From a virus (taxonomy: Duplodnaviria > Heunggongvirae > Uroviricota > Caudoviricetes): a DNA stretch of 64,000 nt. Shown one piece after another: positions 9,602 through 19,308 of this stretch. Below the pieces are notes generated by a model. It saw only the letters and a program-made list of their open reading frames with translations, was not told the origin of the DNA and did no database searches. How positions within the stretch are numbered: position 1 is the first letter of the stretch; every line of letters begins with the position of its first letter. The stretch lies in the IMG/VR virus record IMGVR_UViG_3300043788_000176, positions 56,566 to 120,565 of that record; one strand, given 5' to 3'. Position numbers and translations under genes: made by a program.

Positions 9602-9805
9602 ATGGATGTCGAGCAGGTTATCGCCGCTGCGGGCGGCACGATCGCGCTGGCGGAAGCGGCGGGGGTAGACCGCACCACCGTTCTCTACTGGCGCTCACGC
9701 GGGCGCATCCCGGTCGAACGGGCGTTGCGGATCAACGAGGAATTGGGGATACCGCTGCATGAGATGCGCCCCGATGTGTGGAAGCCGTTCGCGGCTGTGG
9801 GCTGA
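9602..9805 (+). CDS. Cro-like HTH regulator (alternative starts at TTG 9578 or ATG 9584)
   Basis: Small protein with HTH GGTIALAEAAGVDRTTVLYWRSRGRIP. GGGG Shine-Dalgarno before ATG 9602. Divergent to cI. Confidence 0.5.
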   Translation: MDVEQVIAAAGGTIALAEAAGVDRTTVLYWRSRGRIPVERALRINEELGIPLHEMRPDVWKPFAAVG

Positions 9806-10005
9806 GCCAACCATGGGTGCTAGTTGGGGGTTGTAACGCATCGTTGTCAAGCCAAAATATACGGCTTGCGCCAAATGCCAAATTACCGTATTATGGATGC
9901 GCGCCTCTTTCCGTGGAATTATCAGCACCTTTGCGCATCCCGCGCCCAACGCTCGGTCTCTTGTTAGGCAGAGCACAACCATCGGAGAACGACGAGGAGA
10001 ACGAG

Positions 10006-10971
10006 ATGCTGACCGCGAAATCCGGACCAGCCACTACTATCCCCAATGTTGGTGCTCGGCCAGAACTGAAAAAAGCCGACGATCGCGCCGCCAAGCCGCT
10101 TAGCCAGATCATCGTTGACGGGGTAATCACGATCACCCCCGAGCTTGCCTGGCGGATCATCCAGGAGGCTCCCTACGCCAAGCAGCGACCGATTCGCAAG
10201 GCGCATGTTGACGCGCTGGCGATGCAAATGCGGCGGCATGAGTGGACGGGGGGCACTCAGATCCATTTTGGCCGAGTCAAGAGTGACGATCCGCTACTGG
10301 CGTTGGTTAACGGCAATCATCGGATGCATGCCGTAATCAAGGCTGACACCGCAATCTCGTTCCAGGCCCTGGTCAGCGAGGTTGAAACTGCAGAGGGGCT
10401 GGATCGGCTGTACCGGCGCCACGATCGGCTGGTGGCCCCGCGTTCGGTGCAAGATGCGCTGCGGGCGGAAGGGACTGAAGTCCAGTATGATCTCCAAAAA
10501 GGGTTTGCGGCAGCGTGTTTCCGCGCCCTTCCGATGATCGAGTCGGGGTTCCAGCATATCCGTACCTACGCCGATCCGTACTTGCTGCGGTCGGATGAGG
10601 CGCGGCTGCGGCTTGCCGAGCCGTGGTGGCCGGTCGCGAAGGTCATCCAAGACGCGACCCTTCGCGGTCATAACACCAGGTTCGTTAAGGCTGCTGGGGT
10701 GATGGCGGTTGCATTGGTGACGATGCGCTACCAGGAGATGAAGGCATTCCCATTCTGGCAGGGGGTCGCGAGCGGTGACCGACTGGCGCGAGATGATCCA
10801 CGCTTTGCGCTGATCCACGCCTTTCAGCACCCGCGCCTGCGTACTGAGGTGAACAGCGCCAAAAGCACGTCAGCCGCTTGGAATGCGTTTTTCCGTGACG
10901 AGCCGCTGACAATCGTGCGGGTAACAGCGGGACCAGTGCGGCTGCTTGGAACGCCATTCGAGAAGGGCTGA
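10006..10971 (+). CDS. ParB-like nuclease domain protein
   Basis: N-terminal region (...VITITPELAWRII ... KAHVDALAMQMRR ... ALVNGNHRMHAV) resembles the ParB/sulfiredoxin fold. AGGAGA Shine-Dalgarno 6 nt upstream of the ATG. Confidence 0.5.
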   Translation: MLTAKSGPATTIPNVGARPELKKADDRAAKPLSQIIVDGVITITPELAWRIIQEAPYAKQRPIRKAHVDALAMQMRRHEWTGGTQIHFGRVKSDDPLLALVNGNHRMHAVIKADTAISFQALVSEVETAEGLDRLYRRHDRLVAPRSVQDALRAEGTEVQYDLQKGFAAACFRALPMIESGFQHIRTYADPYLLRSDEARLRLAEPWWPVAKVIQDATLRGHNTRFVKAAGVMAVALVTMRYQEMKAFPFWQGVASGDRLARDDPRFALIHAFQHPRLRTEVNSAKSTSAAWNAFFRDEPLTIVRVTAGPVRLLGTPFEKG

Positions 10972-10978
10972 TCGTCCG

Positions 10979-11848
10979 ATGCGGATCGCGATTGCCGCGA
11001 TCTCGGTTGGCTCGCGCCTGCGCCAGTTGCGCGAGCCGATCGTTCGCGAGTTGATGGACAGCATCTCGATGCTGGGCCTGCGCGAGCCGATCTCGGTATC
11101 AACCGGGCTCGGCCAACGCGAGGGCGGCGGCCCCGAGGTTGTAACTTTTGCTCTTGTCGTTGGGCGGCATCGGCTAGAAGCGTGCCGCCGTCTAGGGAGA
11201 ACCGAAATCGAAGCAAATATTCTCCAATTGGACGAAGCGGAATGCAAGCTGTGGGAGATCGACGAGAATCTGTGCCGCGCCGAGCTATCGCAGTTGGAGC
11301 GCGCCGAGCATCTGCTCAAGCGCAAGGAAATCTTTGAGAAGCGTTACCCATCCGCCAAGGCTGGAGTTATGCGAGCGCTAGGCATGAACCGAGCGCTCGG
11401 TCGCAACGTTGACGACAACAATGACGCCAACGTCTCCTTTACCGAGGACACCGAGACCAAGACGGGAATTGCGCGGCGCAATGTCCAGCGTGCGCTGCGG
11501 CGCGCCGATGGGATTAGCCCAGGGGTGCGCGACCGCATCCGCGACCGCGGCGGCATTGCCGACAACGGTCTGGAACTTGATACCTTGGCTGCTCTGCGCC
11601 CATCCGATCAGGAATTGGTTGTCGGACTGGTCGAGAAGGGTGAGGCGTTTGGTGTGCGCGAGGCGGCGCGTCTGTTGGCTCTGCCTGCCAAAAACGTTAC
11701 TAAGGCAGAGGCGCGGGAAGAACAGGAGTTCGAGCGGCTGATGCTGGCGTGGAAGCGCGCTGGGACAGCGGCGAGACGGCGGTTCCTGACGGAAACCGCG
11801 AATTGGAGGGAGTTATCGAATGGTGCCACTGAATCCGGAACCGAATGA
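10979..11848 (+). CDS. ParB/Spo0J N-terminal domain protein
   Basis: REPISVS...FALVVGRHRLEACRRLGRTEIEANI matches the ParB N-terminal (ParBc) GxxRxxA box. Start overlaps the stop of the upstream ParB-like gene. Confidence 0.55.
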   Translation: MRIAIAAISVGSRLRQLREPIVRELMDSISMLGLREPISVSTGLGQREGGGPEVVTFALVVGRHRLEACRRLGRTEIEANILQLDEAECKLWEIDENLCRAELSQLERAEHLLKRKEIFEKRYPSAKAGVMRALGMNRALGRNVDDNNDANVSFTEDTETKTGIARRNVQRALRRADGISPGVRDRIRDRGGIADNGLELDTLAALRPSDQELVVGLVEKGEAFGVREAARLLALPAKNVTKAEAREEQEFERLMLAWKRAGTAARRRFLTETANWRELSNGATESGTE

Positions 11849-12158
11849 CGACGGCGAGGAGCCCGATCGCGACTTCGCCAAGATGTTCGATCTTGATCGC
11901 AGCACGCTGATCAAGACCCTTGTGGACGCGATGGAGCAGACATATCGCGATACCGATGCGGCGCGGGATAGTCTAAAGGAGATCGTCTCGCAGTGTCGCG
12001 CCGCCGAGTTCCCGCCGCGCGACATCATCGCGATGAAGCGAATCGCCAAATTGCGCAAGGACGACAAAGGCGGCGAGGCGCGCGAGCAGCTAGCGGCATT
12101 GGAACGAATCGGGCACGCCGTCGGTTACGATTTGTTCGATTGGGCCGCCCAGGCGTGA
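11820..12158 (+). CDS. GapR/DUF2312-like DNA-binding protein
   Basis: LKEIVSQCRAAEFPPRDIIAMKRIAKLRKDDKGGEAREQLAALERIGHAVG aligns with the GapR core ([47 protein letters not shown]). Confidence 0.45.
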   Translation: MVPLNPEPNDDGEEPDRDFAKMFDLDRSTLIKTLVDAMEQTYRDTDAARDSLKEIVSQCRAAEFPPRDIIAMKRIAKLRKDDKGGEAREQLAALERIGHAVGYDLFDWAAQA

Positions 12159-12319
12159 TCTGCCGTGACGATCCGACCCCCGCTTCCGGGCACTCCGGAG
12201 GCTAAGACTTTGGGCTGCCCCTGTACGCTTGGGCAGCCCAGCGGCACCAACGAAGAGCGCGACTGGGAGCACGATTTCTGGGGTCTCCCGCCAGTGACGG
12301 TGTGGATTGTTCACCCTGA

Positions 12320-12832
12320 GTGCCCGCTGCACGTCAATCCGCAGGCGTGGTGCGAGCCGTCAGTCGAGAGCGCCGGGAATTGAGAATCGCCGTAGCGGCC
12401 AAGGCTGAGAGAACCGACCCCGCTACGGGCATTGTGTTTGCATCAAGGGGGGAGCTGTATCGGTGGCTTGAACTTCAACGACTAGCGCGGGTGGGGCTGA
12501 TCACTGAATTGCGGCGGCAAGTAAAATTCCCGCTGCACGCCGCAGGGGTGAAAGATGGTGGCGCAGTCCCGATCAAGATACGCAGTCCGCGCTATCATGA
12601 GGGTCGCCCGGCAGTTTGCACAATCGATTTCGCCTACCGCGAGAACGGAGAGGAAGTCTACGAGGACTGGCACCCCCGATACACTGACGCCGACCGACTG
12701 CGGCACGCAGTCGCGGAAGCATGCTACGGCATTCAGATTCGCATTACAGGGGGCGGGAAGCTAAGGAGCAGCAAAAAGGGGACGCGTAAATGGGGATCAT
12801 CGTTGACATCCTCGCCGTCATCGGCGGGCTAG
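12320..12832 (+). CDS. DUF1064-like phage protein (putative nuclease)
   Basis: FASRGELYRWLELQRLARVGLITELRRQVKFPL resembles the DUF1064 family found in phages. Start codon uncertain. Confidence 0.3.
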   Translation: MPAARQSAGVVRAVSRERRELRIAVAAKAERTDPATGIVFASRGELYRWLELQRLARVGLITELRRQVKFPLHAAGVKDGGAVPIKIRSPRYHEGRPAVCTIDFAYRENGEEVYEDWHPRYTDADRLRHAVAEACYGIQIRITGGGKLRSSKKGTRKWGSSLTSSPSSAG

Positions 12833-12913
12833 CGATCGGCAAGTTCGTCGCCTGTCTGGTCATAGAGTTTCTCGACTGGCCCGCGCGGCAAAATCAAAAG
12901 CACTGGGATCACC

Positions 12914-13108
12914 TTGGCGATGGCTGACCAACTCAACCTCTTTGCGCCAGCGCCGCCCGCGCCGCTCTACGCGAACTGGCGACCAGACCCGATGTCTGCG
13001 CCTGCCCACGAGGCCAACTGGACCCTGATGACAGAAGGCGTGCTACGGCTCGGCCAGGACGTGTGGGCCGCGCTGTTCCGCGAGATCGCTGATCGGCGGC
13101 AGCAATGA
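12914..13108 (+). CDS. hypothetical small protein
   Basis: 64-aa ORF in the rightward early operon. Confidence 0.25.
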   Translation: MAMADQLNLFAPAPPAPLYANWRPDPMSAPAHEANWTLMTEGVLRLGQDVWAALFREIADRRQQ

Positions 13109-13314
13109 CCGAGCATCTTGAATGGCGCGTTGTGATCCGCTACGGCGACGACGTTCCCGACGATCGCTCGGTTCCGATCCTGGCGCCAAAGTGGATGCGC
13201 GGGACCGTATTTGATGGGCGTTTCGACACCGAGACCGAGGCGCGGGAGTTTGCCGAGCAATACGGCGGGGTGCCCTATCTGAAAGATTGGGGACCTAATG
13301 CCGCCATACCGTGA
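13105..13314 (+). CDS. hypothetical small protein
   Basis: 69-aa ORF with an ATGA-type overlap with the upstream ORF. Confidence 0.25.
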   Translation: MTEHLEWRVVIRYGDDVPDDRSVPILAPKWMRGTVFDGRFDTETEAREFAEQYGGVPYLKDWGPNAAIP

Positions 13315-14149
13315 AGAAATTATCGGAGACTGCCGGCTGATCCTGGGCGATTGCCGTGAAGTGCTGCCGACTATTGGTCAGTTTGATGCGATCATCACCT
13401 CGCCGCCGTACAACATGGGCGTCACCGCAGGCGGCGGCTTCGCGAGCAAGTTCATCCGTAACCACGGCCATTATGCCGCCGATGGCGGTTATCGCAGACG
13501 CGGCGGCGGCGGCAAGTGGACGGGCGGCGACCTCGCCGATGGATACGGGTCCCACGACGATAAAATGGAGTGGGCCACCTACGAGGAATGGCAGCGCGCC
13601 ATCCTCATGCTCTGTTGGGAGTGCCTGACCGAGGATGGCGCGATCTTCTACAACCACAAGCCACGAGCGCAACGATGCGAGGTTTGGCTGCCCCTTGCGT
13701 TAAATCCGGGATTGCCACTGCGGCAGATCGTAATCTGGGCAAGAGCGGGCGGGATTAACTTCGCGCCGACTCACTACGTTCCAACCCATGAATGGCTTAT
13801 GATTTTCGCCAAGCCCGAGTTCAGACTCCGGGACAAGGCGGCTTCCGGCGTTGGGGATGTGTGGCAGATTTCTCAGGAATCGGCCACCGAACACCCGGCT
13901 CCATTCCCCGTTGAATTGCCATTGCGAGTGTTGGAAACCGTCTCGGCCGAGACGGTGCTCGATCCGTTTATGGGGTCAGCATCAACGGCCCTGGCTTGCA
14001 TTCGCCGCGGAAGACGCTTCACCGGTATTGAGATCGAGCCGCGTTGGTTTGATCTTTCTCGTCGCCGCATAGAGCAGGCGTATCGCCAGGGGGACCTGAT
14101 CCGCGACGTATACGAGAAACCCAAACAAATCGCACTGCCGCTACTGTAA
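13298..14149 (+). CDS. DNA methyltransferase (N6-adenine/N4-cytosine, beta class)
   Basis: Motif IV SPPY near the N-terminus and motif I VLDPFMGSASTALA near the C-terminus. This order is typical of beta-class amino-MTases (PF01555-like). No cognate restriction gene nearby. Confidence 0.7.
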   Translation: MPPYREEIIGDCRLILGDCREVLPTIGQFDAIITSPPYNMGVTAGGGFASKFIRNHGHYAADGGYRRRGGGGKWTGGDLADGYGSHDDKMEWATYEEWQRAILMLCWECLTEDGAIFYNHKPRAQRCEVWLPLALNPGLPLRQIVIWARAGGINFAPTHYVPTHEWLMIFAKPEFRLRDKAASGVGDVWQISQESATEHPAPFPVELPLRVLETVSAETVLDPFMGSASTALACIRRGRRFTGIEIEPRWFDLSRRRIEQAYRQGDLIRDVYEKPKQIALPLL

Positions 14150-14178
14150 AATCAACCCAAGCCAGAAAGGGACCGACA

Positions 14179-14364
14179 ATGAGTAGAACACGCGCGGAAC
14201 TGGAGACGCAGGCTGATCGCATCTGCAACGCGATCAACGACAAATACGTCGAGATCAACCAACTGCTGATGCAGTTGCAGGAATTGCATGAGAAGTTGTC
14301 ACCAGAGCCGATGGACGATGCCGATGGCGAGCGCGCGGTCAAGATTCTGGCGCTGCCAGCGTGA
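14179..14364 (+). CDS. hypothetical small protein
   Basis: 61-aa ORF with a good AGGGA Shine-Dalgarno. Stop overlaps the next start. Confidence 0.25.
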   Translation: MSRTRAELETQADRICNAINDKYVEINQLLMQLQELHEKLSPEPMDDADGERAVKILALPA

Positions 14365-14612
14365 AACTGGTCACCAGCGTCGCGCTCTCGCCTACAGAAC
14401 GGATGGCGCTGCGGGCGGCGCGGAGAGCGGGCGGGCTGACGGCGAAGGTCGTTGCGCATCAAGCGGGCTGCACGGTGTCGCTGCTTTACTCATGGGAGGC
14501 TGGCACTCGTCATCCGTCGGGGGATGCGTTTAGCCGCTGGTGTGTCGTCCTTTCCGACGCTCTCGACGAAGCCGAGAAAAAGCGGGTGACAACCCTCCAT
14601 CAGGTGGCGTAG
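14361..14612 (+). CDS. HTH DNA-binding protein
   Basis: LTAKVVAHQAGCTVSLLYSWEAGTRHPS is an XRE-like HTH. GTG start. Confidence 0.35.
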   Translation: MKLVTSVALSPTERMALRAARRAGGLTAKVVAHQAGCTVSLLYSWEAGTRHPSGDAFSRWCVVLSDALDEAEKKRVTTLHQVA

Positions 14613-15243
14613 GGTTGGCTCTCCCAACCTCATCTGACGGAGGGAGCCGATGCCTGATACGCGCCCAGAGGGCGATCCCCGCGCCAGCATCTCGCGCGCT
14701 ATCAGCCGGATAGCCACGCTTTTGGAGAAGGGGGCAATCTCCCGCTATTGGACGGGAGATTGGCTCAGGAAAATTTCCGAGCAGATAATGCTGATAGAGC
14801 TTGACGGAGGAAACCAGTGCTCATAAAGCGGAAAGGCCGAGCGGACGCCAATCCGACCCGGCCTTGTTACGATTGGTCTGCGGCGGCATTCCCAATCGAA
14901 TTCCGAGGCTCATATAACCGCCCCGGAGCCGTTTGGCAAGGATGTGCCGCCCACCGCGGCGCTGATTCCGCAAATCAAGTCAGCAGTAAACGAATCTGGG
15001 CAACGGACTCCCAACCCCGACCCAGCCTCCGATGCGCGCAAGCGTGTTCTGGTGACGAGACCCAAAGCCTTAGTCCGGGCCGCGGGGCGGACCAGCCTAA
15101 TGGTCCGGGTAGACATGGCAGGCCGCATGCGGTCTCAGGGGACCCGAGTATACCGGGAGGGTCAATCTCTCCTAGAGCCCAGGACAAGGCTCTCTCCGAA
15201 GGCCGGGAAGGCCAATCATCGGAGGGTAGAAAGGGTGATACTT

Positions 15244-15549
15244 ATGCCTGAAATAACAGATGAACTACTGGAGCGAGGAAAATCGCGCTCAGGCGGATGG
15301 TCCAGATTCCAGCTTGGGCTGCTCGGTGTCGGCTGGCCTCCGGCGCCTGGCTGGCGACAGCGGATCATCGGGCTCTACATTCCGGATGCGGTTGCTGGTG
15401 CATTCGTCGGCTCCAAGGCGGTGCGTTTGCCAAAGGTCAACTCTGCTGAACGCCGCCGCAGGATCGCTGAGGCCGAACAGCAACAGATTGTCGCCCTCTG
15501 GAAAATCCCTGACGCAAAGCACGGAAGGCGGAAAGGGGGTGAGGTGTGA
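15244..15549 (+). CDS. hypothetical protein
   Basis: Internal ATG of the longer 14944 ORF chosen (MPEITDELLERG). Trp/Gly-rich with a basic C-terminus. Confidence 0.25.
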   Translation: MPEITDELLERGKSRSGGWSRFQLGLLGVGWPPAPGWRQRIIGLYIPDAVAGAFVGSKAVRLPKVNSAERRRRIAEAEQQQIVALWKIPDAKHGRRKGGEV

Positions 15550-15884
15550 GCACGCTTCGTAGGCTTCTTCCGCTCTGCGACGATGCTGATTTCTTAGAAT
15601 TTTGGGAGCTTTCGACCCGAAAAGTAGACAAGAAGCGCTCCAAAGAAGAGTACATAAAGGCGCGCATGCGGGCGTCCAAGCAGACCATCCACGAAAGTTA
15701 TGCTCGCTATGGTCTTGAAACGGCGCACCGCAATATCGAGCATATTGCCCATCCTTCGACATGGTTGCGCAACGACCTGTGGGAAAATGAGTATGATTCC
15801 GATAGGAAAGTTACTCAGCTCAGCGACCAACGCATCGCCGCTGCCCGCGGGGCGCTCGCCCGCGCAGCGCTCGGGAGGGGATGA
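15546..15884 (+). CDS. hypothetical protein
   Basis: 112-aa ORF with a GTG start overlapping the upstream stop. Confidence 0.3.
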   Translation: MSTLRRLLPLCDDADFLEFWELSTRKVDKKRSKEEYIKARMRASKQTIHESYARYGLETAHRNIEHIAHPSTWLRNDLWENEYDSDRKVTQLSDQRIAAARGALARAALGRG

Positions 15885-16524
15885 TGAGGAACGATTTTCG
15901 GCCAGCGATCCAGCGGCAGTTCGGGTGGATCAAGCTGTGGCTCGCACTCAAGCATCATCGGGTCGCGCGCCCGGAATTCTACAAACGAGCAAGCTGGCTC
16001 TGATCCCCGCGACCCGCAAGGAATGCGCCGCGTGTCTCGACAAGGCCGGGCGCGTTTTCGGCTATCCAAAATCATGGTATCGGGAAGACGGCGAGGGAGA
16101 CGACATCACCGCCAGCATTTGGCTCGACGCGCTTGCCGACATCCCGCTCGATTTGCTGGCCGATGCGGTCGATCGCTACATCAACGCGGTTCCGCCGAAT
16201 CGGTGGTTCCCGAAGCCTGGTGAGTTGCGGGCGCTGTGCGCTGAGGAGATGCAGGAGAGGCGAAATGACCGGCGTTTTCTGGCTAGTTGTGTGGGCGGCG
16301 ATATTAGGAGCCGTGACCATGCTCTTAATCATGACCATCATCCTGTAGCCCGCCCGACCGCCGAAGAAATCGAAGCTATCTGGGAATCGCACGGCGGCCG
16401 ACCCGAAACGGCAAAGCTCCGACCTGCGCCCGTGAACCCGTTGTACGTGGTTGACGAAATCCCCAAGACGGTTCTTGGTCAACCGTGGTGCCCCGAAACC
16501 CCGTCAATTGAGGAATCCGCATGA
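15787..16524 (+). CDS. hypothetical protein (start uncertain)
   Basis: Long open frame with conserved-looking region ...LDALADIPLDLLADAVDRYINAVPPNRWFPKPGELRAL. The first in-frame ATG overlaps the upstream gene; a GTG near 15925 is an alternative start. Confidence 0.25.
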   Translation: MSMIPIGKLLSSATNASPLPAGRSPAQRSGGDDEERFSASDPAAVRVDQAVARTQASSGRAPGILQTSKLALIPATRKECAACLDKAGRVFGYPKSWYREDGEGDDITASIWLDALADIPLDLLADAVDRYINAVPPNRWFPKPGELRALCAEEMQERRNDRRFLASCVGGDIRSRDHALNHDHHPVARPTAEEIEAIWESHGGRPETAKLRPAPVNPLYVVDEIPKTVLGQPWCPETPSIEESA

Positions 16525-16955
16525 ACCGAATCACTATCCTGACCGCAGCCGCCGCAGCTTTTGCCGCCGCCCTGGCCATTGGTCGGGTTGACGCCCAAGC
16601 GCCCCCGCCGCCTCCCGCGGCACCGCAGACCTCGGTGGGCATGCAGATCCAGGTGTTGCAGCAGCGCATCGCGCAGGACACCCAGACCCGCGACACGCTG
16701 CAAAAAAACCTCGATGCGATTCGCTCCGGGGCATTGTCGACCGCGAACGTCACCAAGCAACTTGATGCGGTCGGGGCGCTGCTGGCGAACGACCAAGCCG
16801 AGTTGCGTAGGCTACAGGCACCGCCCCAAGCGCCCGCAAGCTATCTGAGTGACAACGGGCGTCCCCTGTCGGTGGATGCGCCCCCACATGGCCCACAGAG
16901 CTTCCCTGCGCCTCCTGTGCGGCGCGTCCCTGGCTCACCTTTGCCGCAGCGGTGA
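16521..16955 (+). CDS. secreted coiled-coil protein
   Basis: Signal peptide MNRITILTAAAAAFAAALAIGRVDA, then a Pro-rich linker and Gln/Leu-rich heptads. Confidence 0.4.
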   Translation: MNRITILTAAAAAFAAALAIGRVDAQAPPPPPAAPQTSVGMQIQVLQQRIAQDTQTRDTLQKNLDAIRSGALSTANVTKQLDAVGALLANDQAELRRLQAPPQAPASYLSDNGRPLSVDAPPHGPQSFPAPPVRRVPGSPLPQR

Positions 16956-16961
16956 TTTGCG

Positions 16962-17198
16962 ATGCCGCTTACAACGAATGGCTGGCTGACGCTATTTGAG
17001 GCGGCAGGCGCAACCAGCGAGATGACCGAGGCTAAATATGCCGAGATGAAGATCGGTCTTATCCCAAAGGATGACCAAGCAAGTCGCGCTGACTGGGGTG
17101 CGTTTCTGGCTAAGGGTTTGGAGCTTTTGTGGCTGTCGCCCAAACCGGACTTCCTTGCGGTGACCCGCGATATCGCGCGAGGGGCAGGTGAGATTTAA
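16962..17198 (+). CDS. hypothetical protein
   Basis: 78-aa ORF, last gene of the rightward operon before the convergent junction. Confidence 0.3.
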   Translation: MPLTTNGWLTLFEAAGATSEMTEAKYAEMKIGLIPKDDQASRADWGAFLAKGLELLWLSPKPDFLAVTRDIARGAGEI

Positions 17199-17383
17199 CG
17201 AGGGATCGGCGCGCGCTGTGCCGCGTGGAGTGCCGTTCCCGTTCCGTGAGCACCGTCCACTGTCGCATTTCTCGTTGAATAACTGCCAGCGGTGCGGGGT
17301 GAGGATGAGCAAGGCCGAAATGGCCATCGGGGTGCTGTGCGCGCTTTGCTCAGGCCCGCAGCGCCCCGAGACGGCCGCGTAGG

Positions 17384-18982
17384 CTAAGGCGCATCTGGAC
17401 TGTCAGCGGCTGGGCTGACGATCGTGAAACCAAGTGGCGTCGAGGCCGCGGTGTCGACCGTATCCGAGGGAGAGACCGTGATGTTCTCTATTGTGACGCC
17501 GCTGGTGTCGGTCTCGACGACGTTCCCCGATACGGTGCCCTGGTTGTTACCGAAATCGCTCACTGAGCTGTAGACCGTCCCGCCGGACGTTATCGTAACG
17601 TTGCCGGTGGCGGTGCCGTCGAGTAAGACTTGCGGCGTGTTGAGGATGCCGCTGGCGATAACGTCGGCACCGTTCGGTGGCATCGCGACGGCAACGGAGG
17701 TGATGGTGCCCTGCACCTGCTGCTGCACGTAGGACGCCGCCTCGGCGACATTCGGCGCTGCGTCAGCAATCTGACCGTAGATGATCGATGCGTCGGCGTT
17801 CTCCGAAGCTGCTAAAGCAGCGCCGTTTATCTCTAACGAGGCCGCCTGTAGACTAAGCTGAGTCTGGACCGACGCGCCTGCTCTGACCGCTGCGTTCTGC
17901 GCCGCCGCGACGCTAGTTTGGACGCCAGCGATTACTGTCTTTATCTGCTGTAGGAGCGCGGCCTGATTCTGGACGGCGGCAGCTTCGTTCTGCTCAGCGA
18001 TGTTCTCCGCCAGCCGAATCTGACTTAGTACCGAGGAGATTACTTGAGCCAGGATAGCATTGGCGCTGGGTACGGTTGGCCGCACGAATGCTTGTTTGTC
18101 GATCAGGGTCGCCGGGGTGATGCCGGGAGTCGGACTGAAATTAAGGAACACCTTGGCGAGGCCGGCTTGTAGTCCTAGTAGATATTGGTTTGCGGTTGAG
18201 ACGACGGGAGCAAAGCCCGAGGCGGGCGATCTCGTCGGCTGCCCGAAGTACAGGGAGTATACGTCGGGCGCGCCGGAAGCTGTCTTGATGCCGGTATTGA
18301 CCATCGGCCAGTTGAAGGCGACGCCGGGGATCTGGTCGCTCAATATGTTGTTGTCGCGATCCGCCCAGAATCCGGCCGGCGGGACATTGATTACGTAGTC
18401 GTCCACGTCGATGTCGACCGCCTCGATCAGCCAGCGTGGCTGCGCGGCCTGGGTCTGGCCGATCGTCACGTTGACCTGGTGCCAGTCGCCATCCACGGAC
18501 GACAGCATGTCCGGGATCAGGTAGTTGAAGAACGCGGCGTTGGGGTTCTCAGAATTGGCGGTTGCGAAGACCTGCAGGATCGGCGTCGGTGTCGTCGACA
18601 GCCTGGCGTTCGGCGGCAGCATTCGCACCGCGAAGCTCTCATTGCCCAGCAGCGAGCCGGTTCCGAGGAGGGTCTGATAACCGGGGTAGTTCACGCCCAT
18701 GATCAGCCCCTGCTTGATGAAGAGACTGACGACGGCTCGCCCGGTCGATAGGGGAAGCGGGTTCAACGGCGGTGGCACCGCGGCCAGCGTCTTGGTATTG
18801 AGAACGACAGCAGTGCCTAGTTTAGTAGCGGTGCCTTGGAAAAACTCCACCGCCTGAATGGCATTCTCAGCAGCAAGCACCCGAGCGTGAGGCAGGGCAA
18901 ATAAGGCTGCGGTCGCTCCAGCGCCCTTGAACAGTGTGCGGCGACTCAGGATGGTCTGGCCGGGCAAGTTTGTCGGGGTCAT
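17384..18982 (-). CDS. Tat-signal secreted protein of unknown function
   Basis: Twin-arginine motif SRRTLFKGAGATAALFALPHARVLAAE after the internal Met MTPTN. Long Ala/Gln-rich central region and Thr/Ser/Gly-rich beta-like C-terminus. Confidence 0.5.
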   Translation of the reverse strand: MTPTNLPGQTILSRRTLFKGAGATAALFALPHARVLAAENAIQAVEFFQGTATKLGTAVVLNTKTLAAVPPPLNPLPLSTGRAVVSLFIKQGLIMGVNYPGYQTLLGTGSLLGNESFAVRMLPPNARLSTTPTPILQVFATANSENPNAAFFNYLIPDMLSSVDGDWHQVNVTIGQTQAAQPRWLIEAVDIDVDDYVINVPPAGFWADRDNNILSDQIPGVAFNWPMVNTGIKTASGAPDVYSLYFGQPTRSPASGFAPVVSTANQYLLGLQAGLAKVFLNFSPTPGITPATLIDKQAFVRPTVPSANAILAQVISSVLSQIRLAENIAEQNEAAAVQNQAALLQQIKTVIAGVQTSVAAAQNAAVRAGASVQTQLSLQAASLEINGAALAASENADASIIYGQIADAAPNVAEAASYVQQQVQGTITSVAVAMPPNGADVIASGILNTPQVLLDGTATGNVTITSGGTVYSSVSDFGNNQGTVSGNVVETDTSGVTIENITVSPSDTVDTAASTPLGFTIVSPAADSPDAP

Positions 18983-19020
18983 CGTCGTCTCCGAGGTGTG
19001 GGTTGATGATGTCGTTTCTT

Positions 19021-19308
19021 TTACCGACGCACTTCTGGATCTTCCGGGTCGGGGGTTTCGTCGAGGAACAGGTTGAGGAAATCCCGAAGGCGCCGGGCTT
19101 GGTCGCGCGGGATCACAACCCAAGGGAGCTGCATGAACCCGTCATGCGTTCTGAAGCGGTTGTAATGCTTAAGTTCCGACCCGGGAACCGCGGTGCGGAA
19201 GAAGAGGCCAATTCCCGGATTTGTTTGCGGATCGGTGCCTGCCCGTGCGGGCGCACTAAATTCCAAATCCGTGAGTGGCAGGTTGATGATCATCGTGCGG
19301 GATTTCAT
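19021..19308 (-). CDS. hypothetical protein
   Basis: 95-aa ORF. Start overlaps the stop of the upstream gene. Confidence 0.3.
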   Translation of the reverse strand: MKSRTMIINLPLTDLEFSAPARAGTDPQTNPGIGLFFRTAVPGSELKHYNRFRTHDGFMQLPWVVIPRDQARRLRDFLNLFLDETPDPEDPEVRR

